A DNA stretch of 63,932 nt, the filler included, from an uncultured bacterium (GTDB taxonomy: Bacteria > CAYSBA01): NCBI GenBank assembly GCA_964429075.1. It is 7 parts of 7 records of this genome, joined end to end, with 100 filler letters (N's around TTAATTAATTAA, not from the genome) between each part and the next. Parts side by side here need not be neighbours in the genome. Positions count along the whole stretch, not along the records: positions 20,058 to 29,761 come from CAYSBA010000028.1; positions 29,862 to 39,366 come from CAYSBA010000029.1; positions 39,467 to 48,952 come from CAYSBA010000030.1; 4 more parts are not named here. One strand, given 5' to 3'. Each line of letters begins with the position of its first letter. Position 1 is the stretch's first letter. A program made the position numbers and the translations under genes. The notes beneath the pieces were generated by a model, which saw only the letters and a list, made by a program, of their open reading frames with translations, was not told where the DNA came from and searched no databases. Shown one piece after another: positions 28,857 to 40,127 of this stretch.

Positions 28857-29761
28857 TTGTTATCCTCACAATAGTACCACTTGGCGAATTTGGTTCAACA
28901 CTTATATTCCAGTTATGATCTTTTACAACCTTTAAAGCTACAGACATACCAAGACCTGTTCCATTCTCTTTGGTAGTATAAAAAGGTTTAAAGATATTTT
29001 GAAAATCCTTTTCTTTTATACCTTCACCCTCATCCACAATACTTATCTCGAACAGCCTGCCCTCTTTTCTTGCAGATACAGTGACCATTTGTCCGCTTCT
29101 GGATGCCTCTGTGGCATTTTTTATAATATTAAACAACAGATTATAAAGTGAATCACTATGGGCAGTTATGTATGTCCCCGGTTTTATCTCGTTCTTTATC
29201 AGGACACCATCTTTGTTCAAAAGTAAAGATATATCTTCTACCATCTTGAACAGATCGCATCTTGTAGTTGGAGACGATCTTATGGATGACAACTTCAGGA
29301 AGTCTTCAAGCAGTCGATTTAATCTGTCTGTTGAATCTTTTAGTATAGAAACCAATCTCTCCCTGTCAACCTGGCTGATACCCTCTTTTTTAAAAAGCAT
29401 TGTTGCTGAGCCGGTTATACTGGCCAGAGGATTTCTGATCTCATGTGCCATCATTGCGGCAAGTTCGCCAAGGGCAGCGAATTTTTCCATTTCTGCCATC
29501 TTTCTTTTCATATCTTCAATACGGCTTTTCCATTCAAAAAGATCTTTTTTGTTCCGGTGTTCCTGCTTTGTAAGTTTATAGGTCAATATACCAAGCATTA
29601 TGAATGAAAAATTCTTTATAACAATGTCATAAAATATATATGATGCAGGCAGTCCACTTGTAATAAATGTTACCCTGTGAAAGGTCGGGATAAATCCATT
29701 GTATTGTCCTATAACCATAACTGTGTAGTATACACTGAAAAAAAGTGTTACAACTATAACA
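28846..29761 (-). CDS. Sensor histidine kinase (PilS-like), 5'-truncated
   Basis: TM segments, AHEIRNPL H-box, N/G boxes; frame open to the gap. Confidence 0.88.
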
Positions 29762-29861
29762 NNNNNNNNNNNNNNNNNNNNNNNNNNNNNNNNNNNNNNN
29801 NNNNNTTAATTAATTAANNNNNNNNNNNNNNNNNNNNNNNNNNNNNNNNNNNNNNNNNNNN
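29762..29861. other. Artificial contig-join spacer
   Basis: N run with central TTAATTAATTAA. Confidence 0.98.
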
Positions 29862-29916
29862 GGTCCATATCCCTCTTAAGAGATATTTACTAATTGTGTA
29901 GTACACCTTTTGATCA

Positions 29917-30007
29917 GACAAGCGGGACGCTTGTCCTACCTCAAACGGTTTAATAATCATTATAACAAAGAGTATATAAACAACGGTAGATCAACCGTCC
30001 CGGTTGA
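29917..30007. repeat. Pair of GTAG-type REP-like palindromes in inverted orientation
   Basis: Minus strand GTAG-GACAAGCG-TCC-CGCTTGTC (29917-29939) and plus strand GTAG-A-TCAACCG-TCC-CGGTTGA (29986-30007). Confidence 0.6.
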
Positions 30008-30179
30008 CATTATTTACTGCTAAGCCTGCTATATCCTACACTCTATCCGCTATCTCCACAGGATTGTGCCCTCCTCTTACTCCTTTTTACCCATTGTACA
30101 TGTCAATTCCCGCTTAGGTTTAAGTGTTGACATTGATCAGGCTATTGTATATTAGACAATTAAACTTTTTGTCTTTTAT

Positions 30180-30707
30180 ATGAAATACCTTTTAAGAATT
30201 ATTTTGATTAGCCTACTGCTCTTTTTAGTGGTTTATGCAGAACAAGTCCCCTTGTTTGCACAGGAAAACAAACTTGAACCAGCATCATTTACTGTATGGG
30301 GCATCCTCTTACCTTCTGGTTACTTTGGTATTGGTGGAGGGATAAGGGGGAACTGGTATATTAATAAAAAAGGTATTGCAGAGGGTGTAGCCGATGACCT
30401 TGAATTCGATTTTGGTGCAGATATAAGCATCCATTTTGTGTCAGACTGGACATATTCACTTTTGACAATCCCGGTAGGTGTTCTTTGGCGCTTTAAGCTT
30501 ACCGATAATCTCTGGCTTTATCCAAAGCTTGCCATCGGTTACGAATTTACCATCTCTAAAAGTCCTTATCACAGTGATTATGTGTTAGGTGGTATCTATT
30601 GGGAGGGTGCCATCGGTGGTTTCTTGAAGATCAATAAAAGGGTTGTTATCAGGGTAGAGGCCGGTTATCCAGGCCTCAAGGCAGGGATAGCATTTCCATT
30701 ACATTAG
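30180..30707 (+). CDS. Small outer-membrane beta-barrel-like protein
   Basis: Signal peptide, alternating aromatic/Gly strands, C-terminal RVEAGYPGLKAGIAF. Confidence 0.65.
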   Translation: MKYLLRIILISLLLFLVVYAEQVPLFAQENKLEPASFTVWGILLPSGYFGIGGGIRGNWYINKKGIAEGVADDLEFDFGADISIHFVSDWTYSLLTIPVGVLWRFKLTDNLWLYPKLAIGYEFTISKSPYHSDYVLGGIYWEGAIGGFLKINKRVVIRVEAGYPGLKAGIAFPLH

Positions 30708-31292
30708 AGTCTTTGCAAATTTTTTGAAATATAATGCGCCAGAGATAACTGAAAGTATAAGGGCTACGTAGATGAGCAACATCCCGGCATTCTGAAAATC
30801 AAGAGTTATAACAAAATCACCAAAACCAACAGGTGCAGGATAGTGGATAATCAAGCCAGATATTGCAAAGAATTGAACAAATGTCTTTGCCTTACCCATA
30901 AATCCTGCAGGAATAACAATCCCTCTTTGTGATGCCATACTACGAAGTCCATTTACAGCCATCTCCCTTGCCAAAAGAATAATAACTATCCACCCTGCAA
31001 TCCTGTTAAGCTGTACCAACATTACTAATGCACTCATCACTATTAGTTTGTCAGCAAGCGGATCAAGGAATTTACCCATTGTTGTTGTGTCTCCTCTTGT
31101 CCTTGCCAGAAGTCCATCAAGATAGTCTGTTATTGAGGCAACTATAAATATTGCTGCTGCAATAATTGAATGATCTTTTCTCCCATCAAACATATAGTAA
31201 ACAAATATAGGGATCAAGAGGATCCTTATCATGGTTAAAAAATTTGGAAGGGTGTAGATCCTTGATTCTTTTAGATTTTTTTTCTCCACCAT
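30699..31292 (-). CDS. pgsA: CDP-diacylglycerol--glycerol-3-phosphate 3-phosphatidyltransferase
   Basis: LPNFLT and TDYLDGLLAR...GKFLDPLADK motifs. Confidence 0.95.
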   Translation of the reverse strand: MVEKKNLKESRIYTLPNFLTMIRILLIPIFVYYMFDGRKDHSIIAAAIFIVASITDYLDGLLARTRGDTTTMGKFLDPLADKLIVMSALVMLVQLNRIAGWIVIILLAREMAVNGLRSMASQRGIVIPAGFMGKAKTFVQFFAISGLIIHYPAPVGFGDFVITLDFQNAGMLLIYVALILSVISGALYFKKFAKTLM

Positions 31293-31293
31293 A

Positions 31294-31941
31294 CTAATCG
31301 AGATTCATCCTCTTTTTGTAGTACTTCCAGCCTGATATAACTTTTTTAATATAGGTTATCGTTTCTGGGTAGGGGGGTACACCACTGTATCGTTCAATCA
31401 CATTAGGGCCTGCATTGTATGCTGCAAGTATTTTTCTTGCATCATTGCCAAACTTATCAATCAAGATTCTAAGATACTTTGTGCCACCTAAAATATTTTC
31501 ATTAATGTCAAAAGGGTCTTTTATTTGCAACAATTTTACTGTCTCTGGCATAAGTTGCATAAGTCCCATCGCTCCCTTAGGAGAGACTGCATATGGGTCA
31601 AATCCAGATTCAGCATTTATTACAGCCAGTATAAGGGCAACAGGAACATTATACCTTTTGGATGCCTCCTTTACAATTGATAAAATTTTTTTAGAGGGTC
31701 TTTTAAAACTAAAATATTGTATCTGATTTCTACTGCGAAAATTAACACTATCTCCTTTTATAAATACCTCACACCGAATATGAGGATACCTGTAGGGTGC
31801 ATCGGTAAAGACATTGCTACCGCATTTATAAATGGTCTTTCGTGCAGCTGCATCAAAGGTAAAAAGATAGAGTCCGGATACAACGAGACTAAGGCTTAAT
31901 AACAACCTGATCAGATATTTCAAACTTGATTTCATTTTCAA
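31294..31941 (-). CDS. Lytic transglycosylase (SLT domain)
   Basis: AES, GAMGLMQLMP, AAYNAG and PPYPET motifs; signal peptide. Confidence 0.92.
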   Translation of the reverse strand: MKMKSSLKYLIRLLLSLSLVVSGLYLFTFDAAARKTIYKCGSNVFTDAPYRYPHIRCEVFIKGDSVNFRSRNQIQYFSFKRPSKKILSIVKEASKRYNVPVALILAVINAESGFDPYAVSPKGAMGLMQLMPETVKLLQIKDPFDINENILGGTKYLRILIDKFGNDARKILAAYNAGPNVIERYSGVPPYPETITYIKKVISGWKYYKKRMNLD

Positions 31942-32050
31942 CTAAGAGTATAATTCATATTTGACTCAAGTTCAAGAAAAGTGCAAGGACTTTACAAATA
32001 TATTTTTTTGTTGTAAAGCGTGCATTCGATCATAAAAAGGAGTTTGTAAT

Positions 32051-32332
32051 ATGGCAGTAGTTATCAGACTTGCAAGACGTGGTGCCAAAAACACACCGTT
32101 TTACCATATCGTTGTGACAGATTCCAGAAATCCTGTCCAGGGAAGATTCATAGAAAAGATAGGATATCTTGACCCAAGAGACAAAAATAATGTATATATT
32201 GATCTTGATAGTCTTGAAGAGTGGGTAAAAAAAGGAGCTAAGATGAGCGACAGGGTAAAGTCGCTTGTAAAAAAGTATAAAAAGGGTGTGCCGAAACAGA
32301 ATGAAACTGAAAATCAGGCCACAAACCACTAA
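32051..32332 (+). CDS. rpsP: 30S ribosomal protein S16
   Basis: MAVVIRLARRGAKNTPFYHIVV. Confidence 0.97.
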   Translation: MAVVIRLARRGAKNTPFYHIVVTDSRNPVQGRFIEKIGYLDPRDKNNVYIDLDSLEEWVKKGAKMSDRVKSLVKKYKKGVPKQNETENQATNH

Positions 32333-32353
32333 ATTCCATACGGAGGAGCTGTT

Positions 32354-32593
32354 ATGTTGAGCTTGAGAGAATTGACTGAAGAGATTGCTAAGTTGCTTGT
32401 TGATACCCCAGAGGAGGTATCAGTTCAGGAGTTGAGCGGGGAGTTTACCACCGTGCTCGAACTCAGAGTAAAAAGAGAAGAGCTGGGCAAGGTAATAGGT
32501 AAAAGCGGTAAGACCGCAAGGGCAATCAGGACAATCCTCAATGCTGCAGCTGCCAAACGCGGCAAAAAAGTAATGCTGGAGATAATAGAGTAA
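32354..32593 (+). CDS. khpA: KH-domain RNA-binding protein KhpA
   Basis: [18 protein letters not shown]; located between rpsP and rimM. Confidence 0.93.
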   Translation: MLSLRELTEEIAKLLVDTPEEVSVQELSGEFTTVLELRVKREELGKVIGKSGKTARAIRTILNAAAAKRGKKVMLEIIE

Positions 32594-33094
32594 TTAAAAA
32601 GCCCTACCTACAGATAGGAAGACTTACACGGCCCTTTGGGACAAAGGGCGAGATTCTGATAAGGCTTTATAATACTAATTCATCCGTACTTTCGGATGAT
32701 AAGGAGCTATTGTTGTCTTTTAACGAGCAGCGCTTTATACCACTTATAGTAGAAAGGATTCGATACATACAGAAAGGGCTTGTCATCAAACCGAAGGGCT
32801 ATGACTCACGTAACGATGTCGAAAGACTGAAAGGTGCCTTTGTATATGTAAATCGCAATGATCTGCCGGAGCTCAATGAAGATGAATTCTACCTTGCTGA
32901 TCTTGAAGGCCTAAAGGTTGTTGACAAAAAAAACAACCCCATAGGCAAAGTGGGTTGGTTTTTCTACAATGGAGCGCATCATATTATGGTGGTTTATAAA
33001 AAAAATAACCCCAAAAAACAGATCTGGGTACCTTTTGTAAAAGATGCGGTAATAAAGATTGATGATGATTTAATCGTTATAGATACCGATCTCT

Positions 33095-33111
<17 letters not shown>
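32593..33111 (+). CDS. rimM: Ribosome maturation factor RimM (probable ATT start)
   Basis: Conserved N-terminus IGRLTRPFGTKGE lies upstream of the track's TTG at 32710; LPELNEDEFYLADLEG. Confidence 0.9.
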
Positions 33112-34922
<1,811 letters not shown>

Positions 34923-34953
34923 GGGATGAGAGCAGTAGAGAGGGGGTAAGTTT

Positions 34954-36732
34954 TTAGTTACAGTTGAATTGATACACCACTGTTCTTGTTACAATCAATG
35001 CTTCACGCGCATTAATCAGATTCCCAGAAAAAATATTACCATACCCAAGATTCATTGCATTTACCATTATGTAGTACTGTCCTGATTGAGTGAATGTTGT
35101 CTCATCAACAGTAAGCTCTGTAGTATTGGCAGGTAAAATTGCATCCAGCTCATTCTGGGTTGGATATACTGTATTACCGTTATGATCGAGTATTAATACA
35201 TAAAAGAGATCAGCATTATCAACATTTCCCCAACTGAATGTCACAGGTTGATTAACATGACATTCCCCGTTGATATCGACGGCAAATGAAGCTGGCATTG
35301 TCTGAGGCTTTATATTTGTTATTGTGGTATTATTGACATTGATGTTGAGACTGTATGTCGTTCCTGCCGAATACTGGATCTGGTTGTTGGTATCTACGTA
35401 TTTTCCCGGACAATGCGGGTCTGTACAATCAGGATTATCATAGACATAATCCAGCTGTACATCGTTTACCTTTACAGTAGCATCGCTTACATAATTGTTA
35501 TACTGAGTTTCTTCCAGCACAATCTCGGTTTTGTTACCCATTGTGCTTGCAACAATAGCAGGATCTCCTCCAACCTTATATAACCCATCACCAAATTTCG
35601 GGGTATACAATGTAATTGTTTCTCCAGTTACAGGATCCTGATCAACAATAATAAACTTAAAAACTCGATCAGCATTAAAACCTATTGCATCTTTAGAATC
35701 ACCTTCCATCGTAATCTGACCATCTCCGTCTGCATCTGCCATACCCATGAGGGTATATCTTCCAGGTGCTACCCAGGGAATACGAAAGGTACCATCTTGG
35801 TTTGTAAAAACCACAGCAGTTGGGCCATCTTGATCAAGATCCTGAAAACTTTTAATGAGAATCACAACAGAATTTGCAACGCTATAACCAGACTCCTCTG
35901 AACCAAGCACAACCTTACCTGAAATATATGCAGAAGGTGGATTGTCTCCTGTATAAAAATAGCTTACATATGGCTCATCAAGTACATCACCATCTGCACT
36001 CCTCATATAGAGAGTACCAAATCCATAAGTCTTGTCTTGATCTAAATTAACTGAGATCGATATTACTGTATCATTCTCTTCAAAATTGATATTTGTGTTA
36101 TTTTCCCACTTGGGGAATAAAAATAAGACTGGTGAATCTGTATTGTTGAGTACATACTGTCTGTCAACAGGCTTGTTGAACTTTAGCTTTAAGGTGACGT
36201 TTGTGCCTACACCGGTTGTTCCATTTTCTGGATATGCCGATATCACTCTGAATGATGTATCATCTATACATTCACCCCTATTCTGATCACAAACCTTACC
36301 GTTTGAGCAATCTGAATCAGAAGTGCAGCCGGCTGTGTTACATTTGTAGTCTATACATACCTTTCCAGTGCCACAGTCTGAGTCAAAATTACATTCAACA
36401 GACTTCTCACACTTACCGGTATCTTTGTTGCAAACCTCATCGTCATTGCAATCTGCATCACTCTGGCAGCTCGTTGTCTCTTTGTCTCTACAGTAACCAT
36501 CTGTGCATACCTGATTGGCATCACAATCTTCATCACTCTGACATGAAAGCTGTTCTTTATCTTGACATGTACCACCGCTGCAGATCTGATTTCCTGAACA
36601 GTCTGCGTCAGTGTTGCAGCTTTCCTTTTTTGCAGAACCAACCTCCTTTTTGCATCCAGAAAATACACCCATTGTCGCAAAAACAATTAAAAGTATTGGT
36701 AGATAGTAAAAAATTCCTTGTTTATTCATCAC
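34954..36732 (-). CDS. Lipoprotein with five Cys repeats, a Big_5/SbsA-like Ig domain and further beta-sandwich domains
   Basis: Lipobox FSGC; five C-x-x-D-x-D-C units; YPENGTTGVGTNVTLKLKFNKPVD; DGTFRIPWVAPGRY; DADGDG. Confidence 0.85.
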   Translation of the reverse strand: MMNKQGIFYYLPILLIVFATMGVFSGCKKEVGSAKKESCNTDADCSGNQICSGGTCQDKEQLSCQSDEDCDANQVCTDGYCRDKETTSCQSDADCNDDEVCNKDTGKCEKSVECNFDSDCGTGKVCIDYKCNTAGCTSDSDCSNGKVCDQNRGECIDDTSFRVISAYPENGTTGVGTNVTLKLKFNKPVDRQYVLNNTDSPVLFLFPKWENNTNINFEENDTVISISVNLDQDKTYGFGTLYMRSADGDVLDEPYVSYFYTGDNPPSAYISGKVVLGSEESGYSVANSVVILIKSFQDLDQDGPTAVVFTNQDGTFRIPWVAPGRYTLMGMADADGDGQITMEGDSKDAIGFNADRVFKFIIVDQDPVTGETITLYTPKFGDGLYKVGGDPAIVASTMGNKTEIVLEETQYNNYVSDATVKVNDVQLDYVYDNPDCTDPHCPGKYVDTNNQIQYSAGTTYSLNINVNNTTITNIKPQTMPASFAVDINGECHVNQPVTFSWGNVDNADLFYVLILDHNGNTVYPTQNELDAILPANTTELTVDETTFTQSGQYYIMVNAMNLGYGNIFSGNLINAREALIVTRTVVYQFNCN

Positions 36733-36762
36733 TTTCCTCCACTTACAGTTTTAGTTGCTAAA

Positions 36763-36778
36763 AGCAAATTTTATACCA
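36763..36778 (-). promoter_or_regulatory. sigma54 (-24/-12) promoter
   Basis: Minus strand TGGTATAAAATTTGCT, exact GG-N10-GC, 30 nt upstream of the start. Confidence 0.7.
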
Positions 36779-36875
36779 TCCTGTCATTGGTATACCATTA
36801 TTAATGTTGTGTCAAATATATCTATATTCTTCCAGTTAATGGATCTTAAAAACATAATTTAAATTCACTAAAAAT

Positions 36876-36921
36876 TTACATCTGTGTAAGATTTATTTGC
36901 TCAATATGACATCTTTGTCAT
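36876..36921. promoter_or_regulatory. Two palindromic candidate enhancer (UAS) sites
   Basis: TTACA-TCTG-TGTAA and ATGACA-TCTT-TGTCAT, 31 nt apart. Confidence 0.5.
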
Positions 36922-36963
36922 GCTGGGTTGATAAAAGCAATATGAATTGTTATTTTTCCACTC

Positions 36964-37998
36964 ATGAAAAACAAAGATGGTTTGAAAAAGGCTGTAGGAT
37001 TGATATCCGGTGGTCTTGATAGCACATTATCTGCCAGAATTGTAAAGGATCTTGGTTTTTACGTAGTTGGATTACACTTCTATACAGGTTTTTGCATAAC
37101 AGGTACTAAACGCCGCATAGGAATGTCCTCAAAGATGCACCCTGCCCTTGTATCAGCAAAAGAGGTAGGCATTGAACTAAGAATGATCGACGTATCCGAG
37201 GAATACATAGATGTTGTAACAAGACCTGCTCATGGATATGGTAAAAATGTAAATCCCTGTATAGATTGCAGAATAATGATGCTAAAGAAGGCAAAACAGA
37301 TAATGGAAGAGGAAGGTGCACTCTTTGTGTTTACGGGTGAAGTAGTGGGACAGAGACCAATGAGTCAGTTTAAAAATACATTAAGACACATTGAAAAAGA
37401 GGCAGGACTACAGAACAGAATTTTGAGACCTCTTTGTGCAAAGGTCCTGCCCCCCACAGAGATGGAAAAGGCTGGAATCATTGAAAGAGAAATGCTCTTT
37501 GACATCACCGGTCGCTCAAGGAAGAGGCAGCTTGAGCTGGTTAAGGAATTTGGTATAGAAAATTTTCAATCCCCTGCAGGTGGATGTTGCTATCTTACCG
37601 ATCAAAACTATGCAAAAAAATTCAGAGACCTTCTTACTCATACAAAAAAAAGGCCATGCATCGATGATTTTATAACCCTCAGTGTAGGTAGGCACTTCAG
37701 GATTTCTGAGGACGCCAAGGTCATTGTAGGTAGGAATAAAGGTGAAAACGCCTATCTCGAAAGGAGTCTCAGAGGCTGTCCACAGCTTCGTGTAAAAAAC
37801 GCAATTGGAGCTACCGCTGTACTTGAAGGGTTTATATCTGATGAAAATCTTAAAAAGGCTGCTTCTATTGTTCTTCGTTATTCAAAAGCCCGCTATTCGA
37901 GTTCTGCATCGGTCTCTATCACCTTTCCAGATGGCAAAGAGACTGAAATAACTGCAACACCTGCAGATGACGACTATCTGGAGGAGATCAGGATATGA
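36964..37998 (+). CDS. ThiI/MnmA-like PP-loop tRNA thiouridylase
   Basis: SGGLDS, NPCIDC, GEVVGQRPMSQ, AGGCC, GRHFR. Confidence 0.85.
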   Translation: MKNKDGLKKAVGLISGGLDSTLSARIVKDLGFYVVGLHFYTGFCITGTKRRIGMSSKMHPALVSAKEVGIELRMIDVSEEYIDVVTRPAHGYGKNVNPCIDCRIMMLKKAKQIMEEEGALFVFTGEVVGQRPMSQFKNTLRHIEKEAGLQNRILRPLCAKVLPPTEMEKAGIIEREMLFDITGRSRKRQLELVKEFGIENFQSPAGGCCYLTDQNYAKKFRDLLTHTKKRPCIDDFITLSVGRHFRISEDAKVIVGRNKGENAYLERSLRGCPQLRVKNAIGATAVLEGFISDENLKKAASIVLRYSKARYSSSASVSITFPDGKETEITATPADDDYLEEIRI

Positions 37999-38393
37999 GC
38001 GAATCTTTGATCTTTTTTGTAACCCGATCTATTTCTTTTTCCTCTGCACATTTTCTACGAGATTACAACGGAAAGTGTGAGAATCTACATGGACACAACT
38101 GGAGGGTTGAAGCCACAATCTTTAACAAAAAACTCGATGACTCAGGAATGGTTGTGGATTTTCACCTCATCGATAGTGTCTTAAAAGAGATAGTATCTGA
38201 TCTTGACCATAGGGTTTTGAACGATCTTGATTTCTTTAAAAAAAATAATCCTACAGCAGAAAATATAGCACTGTATATCTTTAACAGGCTATCAGATAGA
38301 TTTGGTGATAAGGTTTATAGTGTGAGGGTATTTGAAACAGAAAAATCTGTCGCAGAGGTGGTTAGATTTGAAAGATTCTCTGTTGGTATCTGA
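37995..38393 (+). CDS. queD: 6-carboxytetrahydropterin synthase
   Basis: AHFL...CENLHGHNW, LDH, PTAENIA. Confidence 0.94.
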   Translation: MSESLIFFVTRSISFSSAHFLRDYNGKCENLHGHNWRVEATIFNKKLDDSGMVVDFHLIDSVLKEIVSDLDHRVLNDLDFFKKNNPTAENIALYIFNRLSDRFGDKVYSVRVFETEKSVAEVVRFERFSVGI

Positions 38394-39006
38394 GATATTT
38401 GAAAGTATAATTGGAGAGTCGAGCTTTTCTGGCTACCCTGCACTATTTATCAGGCTTTCGGGTTGCAATTTAAGGTGCAGATGGTGTGACACGGATTATG
38501 CCTGGGAAGGTGGTCAAAGATTTACTTTTGATGATATTTTTAACAGGGTGCATAATTCATTAAAAAAATATATCCTCATAACTGGAGGTGAGCCCCTTTT
38601 ACAGGAAGCAACAGTTGATCTGGTGTTGTCATTGAATAACAAAAGGGTGATAATTGAGACAAACGGTACCATAGCTGTCCCTGAAAAACTTTTAGATCAG
38701 GATGTATATTTTGTTGTTGACGTAAAGACACCCTCGAGTGGTTATCAAGGTGACTTTAATCTAAAAAACATTGACCTTATAAGAATCTCACAAAAAGGTG
38801 AGTTTAAGTTTGTCATAAAAGATAAAAACGATTTTGATTGGTCAGTAAAATTCATAAAAGAGCACGACATGGGAGATCTTAAAATGCTGTTTTCACCATG
38901 CACCCCTTATTTAGACCCACGCTTGCTTGTTGACTGGATCCTTGCTCTTAATAGCTATAATATCAGATTGAATCTTCAGATCCACAGGATCATCGGTATC
39001 AAATAA
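38368..39006 (+). CDS. queE: 7-carboxy-7-deazaguanine synthase (radical SAM)
   Basis: GCNLRCRWCDT, TGGEP, ETNG, LQIH; TTG 38368 after GAGGTGG. Confidence 0.92.
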   Translation: MKDSLLVSEIFESIIGESSFSGYPALFIRLSGCNLRCRWCDTDYAWEGGQRFTFDDIFNRVHNSLKKYILITGGEPLLQEATVDLVLSLNNKRVIIETNGTIAVPEKLLDQDVYFVVDVKTPSSGYQGDFNLKNIDLIRISQKGEFKFVIKDKNDFDWSVKFIKEHDMGDLKMLFSPCTPYLDPRLLVDWILALNSYNIRLNLQIHRIIGIK

Positions 39007-39040
39007 CAACAATTAAAACCTTTAAATAGGCTTTCATATT

Positions 39041-39241
39041 CTATTGTGTACTCTCTTTTGTCTTACAGGTATTTAATCCTATCAGGGAATATAGCCCGCA
39101 CCGGCCCAAAAGACCTGTTCCAAGTGGGATAATGCCAAGCAGTGCCCAATAAGACTTTGGCCCCCAGAACATTAATGAAAGAATGAAAATACCAATAATA
39201 ATCCTGAATGCTCTATCAATTCTTCCAACGTTACAGCTCAT
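39041..39241 (-). CDS. DUF2892 (YgaP-like) small membrane protein
   Basis: NVGRIDRAFRIIIG...CGLYSLIGLNTC. Confidence 0.88.
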   Translation of the reverse strand: MSCNVGRIDRAFRIIIGIFILSLMFWGPKSYWALLGIIPLGTGLLGRCGLYSLIGLNTCKTKESTQ

Positions 39242-39366
39242 CTTACACCTCCATAATTAGTCATATTATAATATAATAATCTTTTTCTGTATGTAAACCC
39301 TTGATGTAGATATTTTTAACACTTTTAGTTCTAAGAATGCTTCAAAATTTATAAATTTCTCAGCAG

Positions 39367-39466
39367 NNNNNNNNNNNNNNNNNNNNNNNNNNNNNNNNNN
39401 NNNNNNNNNNTTAATTAATTAANNNNNNNNNNNNNNNNNNNNNNNNNNNNNNNNNNNNNNNNNNNN
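39367..39466. other. Artificial contig-join spacer
   Basis: N run with central TTAATTAATTAA. Confidence 0.98.
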
Positions 39467-40127
39467 CCTTAAATTTGATCCAGATAAGGAGAAAAAATTT
39501 CTATCCATGCTTGATGACTACAACAGGGAACTGAGAGGTTACTTTTTTAGGTTAAAGGACCTTGAGAAATTAGTAAATGCAACCAAGGTCAAGGCAAAGA
39601 TGGAGGGCATCTATCTGGAGCAGTATGAGCTCAGAAAAAGTTATGATGAACTATTGAAAGAAGAAAAGAGGTTGATGAAGAAGGCACAGGCTGAAGTCTC
39701 GCCCAGAAGAAAGTCACTTTTGATCAAGACATCTGAGCTTTCCAAATCGGTAGATAGCATGATGAAAAGGGTGGCAGAGTTCAACAATGAACTTGAAAGG
39801 GAGGCAGATAAATTAAGCGGAAGTGTTGTTGTAACAATTGAAAAAGAGGAAAAAAGACTGAAAGAGTATGACATACTGTTAATGCGTTTAAAAAAGGAAA
39901 CCGAATCATTGACCGGCCAGATAGCAAAGAATGCCTTTGATATAGCCTTTAAGAAGTTGGATAAGCTCATAATGGATGCTGATGTGGGTATAATTGATGT
40001 TGCATGGACAATGAAACAAAAGGTGACAGATGAGATAGTTAATATGAGTAAAAAAGAGTCCAAGGAGATCAAACAGGTATCAAAGAGTCTGGGAGTTATG
40101 CTTGAGGAGGGAGAAAAGAAGAAATGA
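39467..40127 (+). CDS. C-terminal coiled-coil part of a GltC-like protein, 5'-truncated
   Basis: Frame open to the gap; ADVGIIDVAW motif; position directly before the gltD-like gene. Confidence 0.6.
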
